A stretch of DNA of 64,000 nucleotides from the human T2T-CHM13v2.0 reference genome, Homo sapiens, in assembly GCF_009914755.1 (NCBI RefSeq), contig NC_060937.1. One strand, written 5' to 3'. Below are positions 25,803-49,408 of the stretch, piece by piece (the stretch's first letter is position 1; the number at the start of each line of letters is the position of its first letter). A program made the position numbers and the translations under genes. The notes below the pieces were generated by a model that saw only the letters and a list, made by a program, of their open reading frames with translations, was not told where the DNA came from and searched no databases.

Positions 25803-26227
25803 CTGTAGCTAACTTTATTGTAAGAATACAGTATATAATATATATAACATACAAAATACGTGTTGATCAACTATTTGTTACTAATAAGGCTTCCAGTCAA
25901 CAGTAGGCTGTCAGTAGCTAAGTTTGAAGAGAGTCCAAAGTTGAGGATTTTTGGTTGTGCAGGCAGTCCACATCTCTAACCTTTATGTTGTTCATATACA
26001 ATTGTCAACTGTGTATGTGTGTTTATATTTACATATAGAGATAAACTTCTCAAATTAAACACTTTAAATACTTGCAGTTTCATTTATATTAAGATACCAT
26101 ATGATGCAAAACATTATATACCATAATAAAGATGTTTACTGAGAAATCGGACAGTCAATATCTAAATACTAAGTAAAATGAATGAATCTATGTATGCACC
26201 CTTCTCTAGTTTAACAATATTTACCCA

Positions 26228-26250
26228 TTGACTGACTGACTGACTGACTG
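26228..26250. repeat. (TGAC)n microsatellite
   Basis: ttgactgactgactgactgactg. Confidence 0.9.
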
Positions 26251-26283
26251 TACTTTCCACTGTCTTTAAATAAGGATTGTTGT

Positions 26284-30830
<4,547 letters not shown>

Positions 30831-31164
30831 AAGATTATGTCCTTATCTCAAGAGAGATGCCCAATAATGCGTCCGATACAGGCATTATTCAGATAGAATG
30901 TCATCAACAGCACCTTCTTCCCTCCCTTTCCAGGACAAGGTTGTGTTTTCAGGACACCCCAACCACTACCACAGACACCACTGACTCTATTGCTGATTGC
31001 CCTCATTATGAATAAATCCTAAACTGTTCTTCCATCTCTGTGTCACTAGTTCAAGAGTCAAGAGTCAAGGTTCCAGAGAAGAGCAAAGAGTTGGCCAAGC
31101 CTGGGTCAAATAATCACCTACCAGTGGCCAGGTGATAGGAAAGGGAATATCTGTTTATCTCTGA

Positions 31165-31592
<428 letters not shown>

Positions 31593-32069
31593 AGAGTCTA
31601 CCTGGAAAAGGTACTAATGGAAATCTCATCCTCAGGGAACAAAAGTTGCAGCACACAAGTTCAGGCTGCTGAAAACAATTTAAGGGTAAAGGAAATGCAA
31701 TTGTATGTACAGCATAACCTGTGTCACTCACATTTTCCTCCAGCCTCTCTCAGAAATTCATGCAGAGATCCTAGCATTGGTAGGAGGGTGGGGTGACCAA
31801 GTGGACCCAAGGCCATACCAGCATCCTTGGTCCAGACAGAAACAGCATCAGCTCGAGGGCTGGCACCTTTGCCAGCAGCCATGATGTCCTGGGCAGGCAC
31901 CACCACCAAGTGAACATCTTCTGCGGACGTTGGTGCCCCAGTCACCATCTGTGGCATCATCGGAACACATGGAGGAGGAAAATGGCAGGAGTTACCCTGA
32001 ACAAAAGGTTTCATCTGCCAAGCTCACTAGAGGTAACTCCTCGAGTGCTCCTGGAATGATTTAAGAATC

Positions 32070-38191
<6,122 letters not shown>

Positions 38192-38491
38192 ATCACAATC
38201 ACTGCCAAGAAACAAATAAATTTTTATAGTAAAAAAAAAAAAAAAAAGGAAGAAGAAGAATCTTGGTGGGCCTGGAGTTAGGGTAGAGCAGTCAGTGTTG
38301 GGGACAGAGGAATGCTGTTGTTTTGTGACCCTGTTTTTATTCTCAAGCTGTGTGTACTGAGCAATACAGGTTATACAATTACAACCCCAAGCCAAGAAGC
38401 ACATAAAACTAGTAAGAGCTCAAATCCAGATCTTTCAAAATGAACTAGAAAACAAAAAAACAAGCAGTTTATTTGCAGAGAACAAGGAGAG

Positions 38492-38939
38492 TGTCAATCT
38501 AAATAACAAAAGAAAGAGGTTCTCTAAAAGAAAATTATATTTATTTCGGGAATAAGACATTGCAATGCGCATACATATGCCAAAATAAACTATCTGCATA
38601 TTCAGGGAGGTAAAGGAAGAACAATGGCTTTTAAAGGAAAAGTGAGAAGGATTACATAGTTGTTTTGAGATAATTATCCTTGGCTACAAGGATCAGTAAC
38701 AAGGATGATACCACTATGGGCTTGGACAGACAATTGCTGGCAGATGTCCTTGCAGAAGTGTGTTTTGTGTAAAGTTGTAAGGGCCTTTGTGCAAAGTCAT
38801 GGTTTTTGTGAAGTTTTTCATGATAGGTTTTGTTATCAGGCATTTATGCCTGAAAATCCTCTCCTCATGGCATTCTCTGGTTCCATTTGTCAGGGTTTTG
38901 TTTTAACAAGTGACTTCATTTTGATTCTGGCAACTGTCA
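38492..38939. mobile_element. ERV1 (MER4-group, MER31-like) solo LTR
   Basis: TG...CA termini 'tgtcaatctaaataac...' to '...ttgattctggcaactgtca', ~450 bp. Confidence 0.6.
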
Positions 38940-39989
38940 GAAAAGTAACCAATAAGACGACAAAGATGTCCCAAGGAGAAGGTAAATGTCATGGCTGAGC
39001 CGGGGAAACAGAACTCAGGAGATCTGAATTCTACACCCTGCTCTGTCCCAAATGTTTTGCTTCACTGAGAGGCCATCAATCATCAATCTGGGCTGACTTC
39101 GTTTCCTATGGCATGAGAAGGCTGGGCTAGATAAATGGCCCACCCTTATGTCCGAGCACCTCACGAATGCTGTGATTCTGCAAACACTGATGTGGACATT
39201 TTAATAACCAGCTGGCCTTTAAAATAGCTTTGCAGGGGGTTCAGCCAGCATGGATGCTGCATAAAAACAGCAGCACTGTGTATCCTTCTGGGCTCTGAAA
39301 ATCTCAATGGTAAAGCAACAGAAAAATTAAATGTGCATTGCATGTAGCGTCAACTGGTTTACCCCAGCAGTTTCAGTTGGGGTAAATAGTCTCCACTTTT
39401 GGAAGTTAATGAGTGCCTCTGGCTGAGCATGTTTTTGGTCAAGCTAATTGCACATCTGGAAAAATCATCAGAGAATGTAGATTTCTTAGCTCTTATTCCC
39501 ACAGAGTGTTTACTAATGGATTTAGTAGCCACAGGTAAAATAATGTCACATTTTAAAAGGGCCCCCATTGAGAGCAACATTTTCAAAGCTTACTGCCTGA
39601 TTAACATCTGGCTAAACTTCCTCTGTCTCTCTAAGTTTTCTTACTTGCTTGAGTCTTCGTTGCATTATGATTTCACAAAGTTGGATGGGAAATTGATTTT
39701 CATTAGCGAATGTCACAGGACTTTCTGGGCTAAGGAGTTGGCACAGGCTACCCTCTATGCGTTCCATTTTATAATTGACAGCTCAGCTGCCTTCCAAGCC
39801 TGTTTTATAGCTCTCTTCTAGTATCCATCACTCACCATTCAAACTACACCGAACTATGGACAAAACACACCCTGGGTTTTCCTGCCTCATGCCATTCCTT
39901 CTGATATGACTCCCTCCTTACTCCTTTCATTGCTCTCTGGCTATCATATTTCACACACCTTTCAATACCTTAAAGCTTTCAATACTCAC

Positions 39990-40430
39990 CTAAGTCATCT
40001 ATACAATTAATGCAATTTGATAAAAATCTTGACAGTATTTTTTATGAATCTTGATTCTGAGATTTACATCAGACTATAAATAGCCACATCAATTCTGAGA
40101 AAGAATGAGATGGCAGAAATGCCATATCAGATGTAAAGGCATCTATAAAGATATTATATACAAGACAGGGAATGTTTGATTCAAAGACAGACCAACAGTC
40201 CAATGGAAGAGAAAAGAAAACTCAGAAACAGGCCCACACTTATGTGGAACTTTGATATATGACAAAGATGGTACTGTAACCCAAAGGACTTTGTTTTAGT
40301 AAATGGTGTAGAGACAATGGAGTACCCACACAGAAAAAGAAACAAAATTAGATATCTATTTGACCCTATACACAAAATTCCACATGGATTAAGACATAAA
40401 TATGGAAGCAAATAATAGCCATTTCAATAA
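39990..40430 (+). mobile_element. Old L1M ORF2 fragment
   Basis: Degenerate 'atacaattaatgcaatt...aatagccacatcaattctgagaaagaatgag...aaatggtgtagagacaatgg'. Confidence 0.65.
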
Positions 40431-42082
40431 TAACCCACTTTTCTAATTTTCATAACAATCATAGGAAATGGATATTATTAGCCAACTCTTAGTAGAGAGT
40501 GAAGCTCAGATAAATTATTTACCTACAGTCAAACAGCTAATAAGGAACTGGGTGCCAGTTCCCAAATATCCCAAAGCTTTAATTTTGCCACTGCACATTA
40601 CCTCTCCCTCTTTTGAATAGTCGTTCAATTATTTGATTGATTTTGAACAGTGGATTTCAGTAAGCAATACTCTATCACTTACCTATCTATCAAGCTATCT
40701 ATTTACCTACCTACCAACTCATTTTTGTCTTCTGCTTGTATGTACCTTATCTGTTTATCTTCTTGAAGTCAGAAACCATGTCTTGCTCTGTGGCATTTCT
40801 GACAGGGGCCTGACATGGGGTCTTAGAAGCAGATCTGACATTCTAATGATCATCTTGATCACACAAAAGACAGATCTAAAAAGTTATCAAAGAAAGAAGA
40901 GCAAAATGCTTTCTAGTTCTTACTCTCTTTTCATTCCTTTTCTAGTCTACCACCTGTGATTGACACCTTAAAGATTTGAAGAAATTAATTGGAAAATGCT
41001 GATTCAGAGAAATATTTGTAATAAAAAGTTGTCCATCCTTCACACTGACAAAACCAGAAGAATGATGCTTGTCTCTGTCTGTTCAGTTCTCTCACACCCT
41101 TCCTTGCATCAGACTTTGATCTAAGTCACAATACAAAAGACCTATTTCACCTCTAACATTTCCCCTTTCTCATGTTAATTAGATTACAGGTATAGCTGTG
41201 GCAATCAAAGTCAAATTAAATAAGATAGAAGTTTATTTCTCTCTCACAAAAGAGTCTAAGTATAAACGACGCAGGGTTGCTGTATTAGCTCCAGGTGCTG
41301 GAGATCCATGCTCTCTCTTGTTAATTTGCCATCTTCAACATCGGTTACTAACTCAAAGTCAAAGATAGCTGTTCCAACTCCTGCCATCACATTTACATTC
41401 CAACCAGCATGAAGGGGAAAAAATTGGCAGATGATATGCATCCATGTGCCCATTAAATTTGGGAGGTTCTCTTAGTAAAATAAGAGTAGAGAAACAAATA
41501 TTTAAGAAGCAACTAATATCTTACTACATATATGCATGGAATTCATTTAGATTTTGGTGACTACCACTTATTTATGTGTGCCTTTGGTCATGCTTTCTTT
41601 CTCCATCTCTCATAGAATAGGGGATTGGAGTTTCACCTTGTCCAGCACTTGAAGCACTCATAAATATAAAGGGAAAGAGAGAAATGTAAGTAACAAATGG
41701 CAATGCAGCATGGTAAATGTTAGTGTAGACAGGAAGAAACAACTGATTTGGCCTGATAGCTGGTACTGCCATGATCAGTAAGACGCCACAGAGGAGAGAC
41801 AACTGCACTGACAGCAAAGCATAGTCATAGCAAAAGGAGCAGCCCATACTAAACCCATGAAGGCATGAAGACACATGACATGATTCACGAACTATAAGAG
41901 GTGCCCCTGAAGCTGCAGGGAGAACTTAAGGAGGTGGATAGCAAGAGGTGAAGCTGGAAATGAGGCTTCAGACCATGAAAGGCCATAGGACACACTAAGA
42001 AGTTGGGACTTTATCTTTCGTAAGGAAGCAAGAGCAGATTTTCAAGGGTATAGAAGGATATCTGGTAGAAAGTGAGCTTTAC

Positions 42083-43504
42083 TCAACTTCAAACTATACT
42101 GGCTACAGTAACCATAACAGCATGGTATGGTACTGGTACAAAAACAGACACATAGACCAATGGAACAGAATAGAGAACCCAGAAATAGGATTGCACCTCT
42201 ACAACTATATGATTTTCAACAGACCTCACAAAAATAAGCAATGGGGAAAGGATTCCCTATTCAATAAATGGTGCTGGGATAACTGGCTAGCCATATGCAG
42301 AAGATTAAAACTGGACATCTACCTCTTACTATATACCAAAATTAACTCAAGACGGATTAAAGACTTACACGTAAAACCAAAAACTATAAAAACCCTGGAA
42401 GACAACCTAGGCAATACCATTCAGAACATAGGCAAGGGTAAAGATTTCATGATGAAGATGCCAAAAGCAATTGCAACAAAAGCAAAAATTGACAAATGGG
42501 ATCTAATTAAATTAAAGAGCTTCTGTACAGCAAAAGAAACTGGTCAACAGAGTAAACAGACAACCTGCAGAATGAGAGAAAATTTTTGCAAACTATGTAT
42601 CCAACAAAGGTCTAATATCCAGCAGCTATAAGGAACTTAAACACATTTACAAGAAAAAAAAAACCCCATAAAAAAAGTGGGCAAAGGACGCACACAGACA
42701 CTTTTCAAAAGAAGACATACATGTGGCCAACAATCATGAAAAAAAGCTCAACATTACTAATCATTAGAGAAATGCAAATCAAAATCACAATGAGCTACCA
42801 TCTAACACCAGTCAGAATGGCCATTATTAAAAAGTCAAAAAATAACAGATGCTGGCGAGGTTGTGGAGAAAAAGGAATTCCTGTATACTGTTGGTGGGAG
42901 TGTAAATTAGTTCAACCATTGTGGAAGACAGTGTGATGATTCCTCAAAGACCTTAAGACAAGAAATACCATTCGACCCAGCAATCCCATTACTAGGTATA
43001 TGCCCAAAGGAATAAAAATTATTCTATTATAAAGACACATGCAGGCATATGTTCACTGCACCACTACTTACAATAGCAAAGACATTGAATCAACCTAAAT
43101 GCCCATCAATGATAGACTGGATAAAGAAAACATGGTACATATACCCCACAGAATACTATGCAGCCATAAAAAAGAACAAGACCATGTCCTTTGCAGGGAC
43201 ATGGATGGAGCTAGAAATCATTATTTTTAGTAAACTAAGACAGGAACAGAAAACCAAATACCACATGTACTCACTTGTAAGTTGGAGCGAAATGATGAGA
43301 ACACATGGACATATAGAGGGGAACAACACACTTTGGGTCCTATCAGAGAGTGGAGGGTCGGAGGAGGCAGGGGATCAGCAAAAATAACTAATGGGCATTA
43401 GACTTAATACCTGGGTAATGACATCATCTGTACAACAAACCCCTATGACACAAGTTTATGTAACAAACCTGCACATGTACCCCTGAACTTAAAAGTTAAA
43501 AAAT
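42083..43504 (+). mobile_element. 5'-truncated L1PA (about L1PA13-16), inserted in an L2 fragment
   Basis: ORF2 C-terminal ORFs 42122..43387; perfect 14-bp TSD aaagtgagctttac (42069-42082 / 43505-43518). Confidence 0.92.
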
Positions 43505-43784
43505 AAAGTGAGCTTTACCTTAACTCAGAACACACAATGCATTATAACTGGGGAGACTGGATACAGAGAAACAGTGTATGAAGATATTTATTAATTTTTG
43601 TCCCCCAAACTGTGAACCCTCTTGCTACAGTTGGGGACTCCCATACCTTATGAATTGAAACCCAACTTCCATCAGAAAAGCTGAAAAATGCCAGATACTT
43701 TCTCAATCTCCTTTGCTATATGATTGACTCTCAGTCAATCTGATTCACCTGCCCCAGACTTTGACTTGAAAGATAGTTAACAGA

Positions 43785-43912
43785 TAGTGTGACCAACTGT
43801 CCCAGTTTGCCTGGAACTGTCCTATTTTAAAACTGAAAGGTTTACAAAGTCCTGCATCCCAGGAAACTCCTCAGTTTGGACTGAGGTCAAACTGGGATGG
43901 TTGGTCACCCTA
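43785..43912. mobile_element. MER94/MER81-like hAT-Blackjack MITE
   Basis: TIRs tagtgtgaccaactgtcccagtttg ... caaactgggatggttggtcacccta. Confidence 0.8.
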
Positions 43913-45392
43913 GCAGGAAGCACACAGAAAATATAGTAAGAACTTTAAGAGATACACAAGTTACAAAGCCACTGTAAATGCTGAGGTGAGAAAACACAAG
44001 AGTGATCACTGGGACAGCTGTGGGGTGGCAGAGGAAACAGCTTCAACCAATAAAAGGAACAATCAGCTGAACATGATGTTGTGATAATATGGAGAGAGGC
44101 TGATGGAAGAAAGGCATGAACCAGGGAAGACTAAGTTTCTGGTTTGAATGTCTGAATGAAAAGGCACCATTAATAAAGACAGTGAAATGGTAAGTTCCAT
44201 CTTGGACATGCCAAACTGAGGGGTCTATGAACAATATCTACGGGAAATTTTTCACAGGCATTTATCAGTGTTGCTCTGGAGCTCAGAAGATTGATGGAGA
44301 AAAATATAGAACATCTAGCGCAGTCCCTGGTACACAGTCTATGAATTTTTGTTAAATATTGTTGAGTATTGAGTTCCCCTCATCAGCACAGACAAAACAT
44401 GCAGTTCTTTGCACACAATAGACTCTCAAGAAACTTGTGGTAAGTGATTGAGTGATTCATTCCTTAGCTCAGCACACCGGAGGTATCTAGCCTCCAAATA
44501 CCTTTTTCACTCACTAGTTCATTTGTCAATCGTGAAACACAGAAGTGTTTTCAGAAGAAAAAATGTTCTTCCATTAGTGGGGTCCCACTTTAAATTCTGA
44601 CCTTTAGGACACTGTGTCTATTTCATGAGTCAAGTAAATATGCGTGACTTCAAGATCTTCAAGATGAATTCTAGTTCAAATCAAAATTCTTATTTTTTAC
44701 TCTTCAGAAACATTACTTCCCCTAGAGACAGAAGGATTATATTCCAAGCAGATTGGTTGAAATGACAACATTATTATTTTTAAAAGTAAGCCAAGGGTGG
44801 ACAAAATCAGAATAAAGAAAGCTAGGATGCCTTTTTTAAATTATTATTTTCAATCATGGCTAGTTTGGAGAAATTGCTTAGCGGAGAATAAAAGAATATA
44901 ATTGGGAATGGAAAACATTTTCTTTTATTTAATCCCATTTTTATAAGTAAATACCAGTAGAGGGAAAAAACTAGTCATGCATTGGTATGGGTGAAGAGTT
45001 AATAAAATAAGCGGAGATTTTTTTGAAAGTAGTAAATTTAATAGCTGATATTTATTGTATACCCAGGACAGTGGCACTGTGTTAAACACACAAAAACTGA
45101 AACTTGTAAGTTTTAAAATGTGTTATTTACTGAATGTTATAAAATATCCGTAAATGGGTACATGCAGCAATCAAGGGCAGTCAAGATTAAAGCAAAAAAA
45201 AGCAGGGAGATGGAAATGAGCAGATAAAGTTTTTAGTCCCGTCCTTCACAACTTGACTCTGTCACGTCCTTCTGGACCTACATGATTGTAGTAATAGACT
45301 CCAAAAATAAGCCCAGAGGACTAGAAGTATAAGGGGTCAGACAAATGCCATGTTTCTCTCCTTTCGAAAAAATAGTACTTGTAGTTGGTAAT

Positions 45393-45773
45393 TGTATTCG
45401 TTCATTCTCACACTGCTATAAAGAACGGCCTGAGACTGGGTAAATTTATGAAGGAAACAGGTTTAATTGACTCACAGTTCTGCATTGCTGGGGAAGCCTC
45501 GGGAAACTTACCATCAGGGTGGAAGGCAAAGAAGAAACACGCGCCTTCTTCACAGGGCGGCAGGACCCAGTGAGCGAGGGCCAGCAGGAGAAAAGCCAGA
45601 CGCTTATAAAACCATCAGATCTCGTGAGACGCACTCACTATCACGAGAACAGCACGGGGGAACCGCGCGCATGATCCAATCACCTCCACCTGGTCCCGCC
45701 CTTGACATGTGGAGATTATTGGGATTATAATTCAAGATGAGATTTTGGGCGGGGACACAGCTAAACCATATCA
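45393..45773 (-). mobile_element. THE1/MSTA-type MaLR solo LTR, unusually CpG-rich
   Basis: tgtatt...aaaccatatca termini; perfect 5-bp TSD gtaat (45388-45392 / 45774-45778). Confidence 0.92.
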
Positions 45774-45999
45774 GTAATTTAGAAAATGAGCCACCCCAAA
45801 ATCCCCAAAGGGTGAAAGAGAATGGATATGTCTTCTTTCCCTGTGAGGCTTTCCCCCAAAAAGCAGTCCTAGCAATATCCAAACTTACAGTCCTAGGAAG
45901 TTTTACCCTGTCTTTTGAAATAAAGAAAATAACTGAAAGCAAAAGACAAAGGGTGAAGAAAAGACTGGGTACAAAGTTTTCTCCCCTCCTGTCTCTGAG

Positions 46000-46950
46000 A
46001 GCAGCAGGGCTTCCCCCTAGCGAATGCTGACGCAGAGGTGGATTGAGAAAAGGGCAGAAGCCCTGGCCTCATCTTCATGCTGAGGAGGAGTTGCAGGTAC
46101 CTGAGGGCCCTATGAAGGCACAAACTGGACGATGGTAGAGCAGTTGACTGGCAAAGAGGGCCCCTGGGTGGTGCGATGCAGGCCAGTCCTCTGGCCTGGG
46201 AAGCCTCATTAGCATCTCCTAACGCCTGCGCTGAGCGCTGCGCCCGTGTAGCCTGGGGCCTGCCCTGGGGATCAGTCCCAGGCAAAGCCTAACAGCTGTC
46301 CCGGAGACTTGAGGGCTGTGTGGCCTTTGCACTCAGTGGGACACTTCAGCTTGGGAGGAAAACAATACTGATGGGTCAGCAGCGGTGAGAAAGAATAGAG
46401 GAGGGTGGGGGAAAGGAAGAAAAAACTATGGTAGAAGACGAGGAAAAGGAGCACAGAAGAGCACTGTGCGCAGGACCCAGGTGAGAAGAGCGAGAGCGGC
46501 TGCCGTGGGCTCAGAGGAGAGGCGAAAGTGGAATGGAGGGGAGACAGGATTCCGTGGGTCTGTTCCTCTGTCTTGAGCCTTCGCATCATGCTCTCAAAGC
46601 TCTTACTCCACATTTTTATTCACAAAAGCCAATGTGAAAATATTGAAATGTGGCAGAATTAGACCTCAGGACTTTTTTCTTAATACTTGCTCCTTTTTTT
46701 CTCTGTAGACCACAAGAATCTTACAAACAAAGGTAAATAAAAAACTAGGAGGCTGCAATGAACCCCAAAACGGCCCCTGAGCATTGCCGGTTTAATACTC
46801 CGGAGAGCCGATGGCTGCACCACTCATAGAATGGCACGCAGGGAGAGCTAGCTAGTCCCAGCTCAAGTGAGGACTACCACCCTTCACTAGCAGAAGCTAC
46901 TAACTCTCTCTCCCTGCACGCAGCAGAACGCATGACCGTTCTGTCCTACT
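46000..46950 (+). promoter_or_regulatory. Candidate weak CpG-rich promoter / first-exon region
   Basis: Non-repeat and locally CpG-rich; GCGC-rich motif ctgcgctgagcgctgcgc at ~46226-46243; donor CAG|GTGAGA at 46480/46481; acceptor at 46708; donor AAG|GTAAAT at 46732/46733. Confidence 0.4.
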
Positions 46951-47451
46951 GAACTGAGCCACAAAAATCTCATTGGGCTCAGAAGCTGCTGATTACATCG
47001 AGACTACAGTGATGCAAATGTTATTGCTATTTTCAGCACCGTGCTAATGAATTATATTTAACTACATTAAAAAACAATGATTTGGAAAGGCTACAATTAT
47101 GAAATTTAAAATATAAATTGTACCCAAAGGATATTAAACGTGGGCTTTACATTTTTTTCTCTTGCATTCAGAGCCTAACAAATACCCTTTTATCCTCTGA
47201 AAAAAATGGGCAAACAGACTGATCAAATAGCTCACTCCAAGCAATTAAAACTTTCCATTACCATACAGAAAGATGTATGAATTGATCCAAAACACTTGTC
47301 CCTAATAAGGATATATTAACATCTGCCAACTGGAGTTCAGGAGTTAAATGAGATAGCAGTGGAGGGATTAGGAAGTAATGAAAGAAATGTTTTTCCAATA
47401 AGGCAGAAAAAGCCTTATTCATCCTGGAAAAGAAAGTCATGAATACATAAC

Positions 47452-47585
47452 TGTGTGTGTGTGTGTGTGTGTGAGTGTGTACACTTATATAGGTGTGTAT
47501 GTCTCTGTGTGTGTGAGTACACTTAACTATATATTACATGTATTCATGTATGTTGGTATATACTTACATATATGTATGAATGTAT
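47452..47585. repeat. (TG)n / (TA)n low-complexity tract
   Basis: tgtgtgtg... run followed by degenerate TA/TG. Confidence 0.85.
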
Positions 47586-47586
47586 T

Positions 47587-48002
47587 TGTCTTTGTCCATT
47601 TGTGTTGCTATAAGGAATACCTGAGGCTAGGTAATTAGAAAGAAAGGTTTTTGTGTGTCTCGCGGTTCTGCAGGCTGTACAAGAAGCATGGATCCAGCAT
47701 CTGCTTCTGGTGAGGCCTCAGGAAGCTTCCAATCATGGCAGAAGGTGGAGCAGAGCCAGCATCACATGGCAAGAGAGAAAAAAAGAGAGAGAAGAGGAGC
47801 TGCCAGGCTTTTTTCAACAAGCAGTTATTGCGGGAACTAACAGTGAGAACTCTGTCACTTCCAGGAGAAGGGCACCAAGCCATTCATGAGGGTCCACTCC
47901 CATGATCCAAACATCTCCCACCTCACCCCGCCTCCAACACTGGGGATCAAATTTCAACATAAGACTTGGTGGGGCCAAGCAAACCTTCTCCAAACCATAG
48001 CA
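47587..48002 (-). mobile_element. MSTB-like LTR
   Basis: 'gttgctataaggaatacctgaggct...gcatctgcttctggtgaggcctcaggaagctt...caaaccatagca'. Confidence 0.85.
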
Positions 48003-48059
48003 GCATTCATCGAAATTCCCATCACACCTCCACAAGGGCAGATTCACCATCAGGGTGAT

Positions 48060-48445
48060 TGCCTTAGTCAGCTCAGGCTGCTGTCACAAAATACCATGGC
48101 CTGGGGGGCTTAAACAATAGAAATTTATTTCCCACAGTTCTGGGGGCTGAAAGGTCCAAGATCAAGGTGTCTGGTAGGGCTCTCTTCCTGGCTTGCAGGT
48201 AGCTGCCTTCTCCCTGTGTGTCCACATGGCCTTTCCTCTGAGTTCACTGGAGGAAAAAGAGACAGAAAGGTAGAGATAGAAAGAAAAAGAGAGAGAGAGA
48301 GAGATCTTCCTCTTCTTATAAAGCCACCAGCCTGATTGGATCAGGGTACTACCCTTATGACCTCATTTAACCTTAATTACTTCCTAAACCACCTATTTTT
48401 AAATATAGTCACATTGCCAGTTAGGGCTTTAACAAATGAACTTGA
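48060..48445 (-). mobile_element. MLT1A-like LTR
   Basis: 'ggcttaaacaatagaaatttattt...ccaagatcaaggtg...cttatgacctcatttaaccttaattac'. Confidence 0.85.
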
Positions 48446-48969
48446 GGGTTTATTTGTATATACCCAGAATGAAGACCATGCAGGCCAGCCTCTTTCTTGC
48501 ACCCTTCTAAATTTCTGACTTGTATTTGTCATAGTAGCTTTGGGTTTCTCTTAAATAGGGATCTTTCCATATCTCAGGTTGCCAAGTTTTTAAGGTGGTT
48601 CCAGATGTATATAAGAAACAGAACATGTGTTAGGGCTACGTTATCATCTACAATATTCAATGTATGCGAGGATATTGAGTGGGGCTTCTCCTGTTACCCT
48701 AAAGTTGTTATTAAGGTTCAAAACTGAGAACAAAATAAACTAGCTGCCCCGCATGCTAGATAAGTTGGCAGCAGTCCGCTTCCAGGCCGGAGGGGAAGCA
48801 CCAAAATGCAGACCAAGTCCCTTTCCTTCCACCTCTCACCCTAGGCAGCTACAAGAGAGGGCAGGGAGGCGAGAGGGTGGGTGCCCCTCCAGGTACCTTC
48901 TTCCTGGAGGAAAATGGGAATATTTCCTCCCCCTGGAACCAAGGGACATACATTTCACCAGTTGGACAC

Positions 48970-49408
48970 TATAATGGGTAATTTTGTGTGTCAACTTGGC
49001 TAGGCTATGGTGACCAGTTGTTTGGTCAAGCACCAGTCTAGATGTTGCTGAGAGGGTACTTTTTAGATGTGATGAGCATTTAAATCAGACTTTGAGTAAA
49101 GCAGATTACCCTTCCAATTATCTGAAGGCCTTAAGAGGTAGATAGAGGTCCCCAGAGTGGAAAGAATTCCACCTCCAGTCTGCCTTGGGACTTAAGGCAG
49201 GTTTCAGATTTTCCAGCTCCCACAATCATGTGAGCCAATTCCTTAAAATAAATGCCTCTCCATAGATAGGTAGGTAGATAGGTAGACTGATGAATAGGTT
49301 TATAGATACTATACACATACATACATATACACACATACATAAGCACATAGACATCTTATTCCTGTTGGTTCTGGTTCTGTTTATCTGGATGAACGCTGGC
49401 TAATGCAC
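48970..49408 (+). mobile_element. MLT2 (MLT2D-like) solo LTR
   Basis: 'taattttgtgtgtcaacttggctaggc...gtgagccaattccttaaaataaat...gttggttctg...ctaatgca'. Confidence 0.8.

Larger units (their letters stand above)
23985..26011 (+). mobile_element. Tigger2/Tigger2b-like Tc1/mariner deletion derivative
   Basis: TIRs 'agttgacccttgaacaac' ... 'gttgttca...gtcaactg'; transposase N-terminus near 25259 (MTLQEKVELLD). Confidence 0.8.
20910..26140 (+). mobile_element. Old L1M (L1MC/MD-like) ORF2 and 3' end, with nested Alu and Tigger
   Basis: Degenerate ORF2 ('tctgaccacaacagaatcaaattagaa', 'ccagcattaccctg...ccaaaaccagac', 'catgaacatagatgca'); 3' end 'acaacatggatgaacctcaaaataatt'; tail resumes at ~26045-26140. 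Confidence 0.8.
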
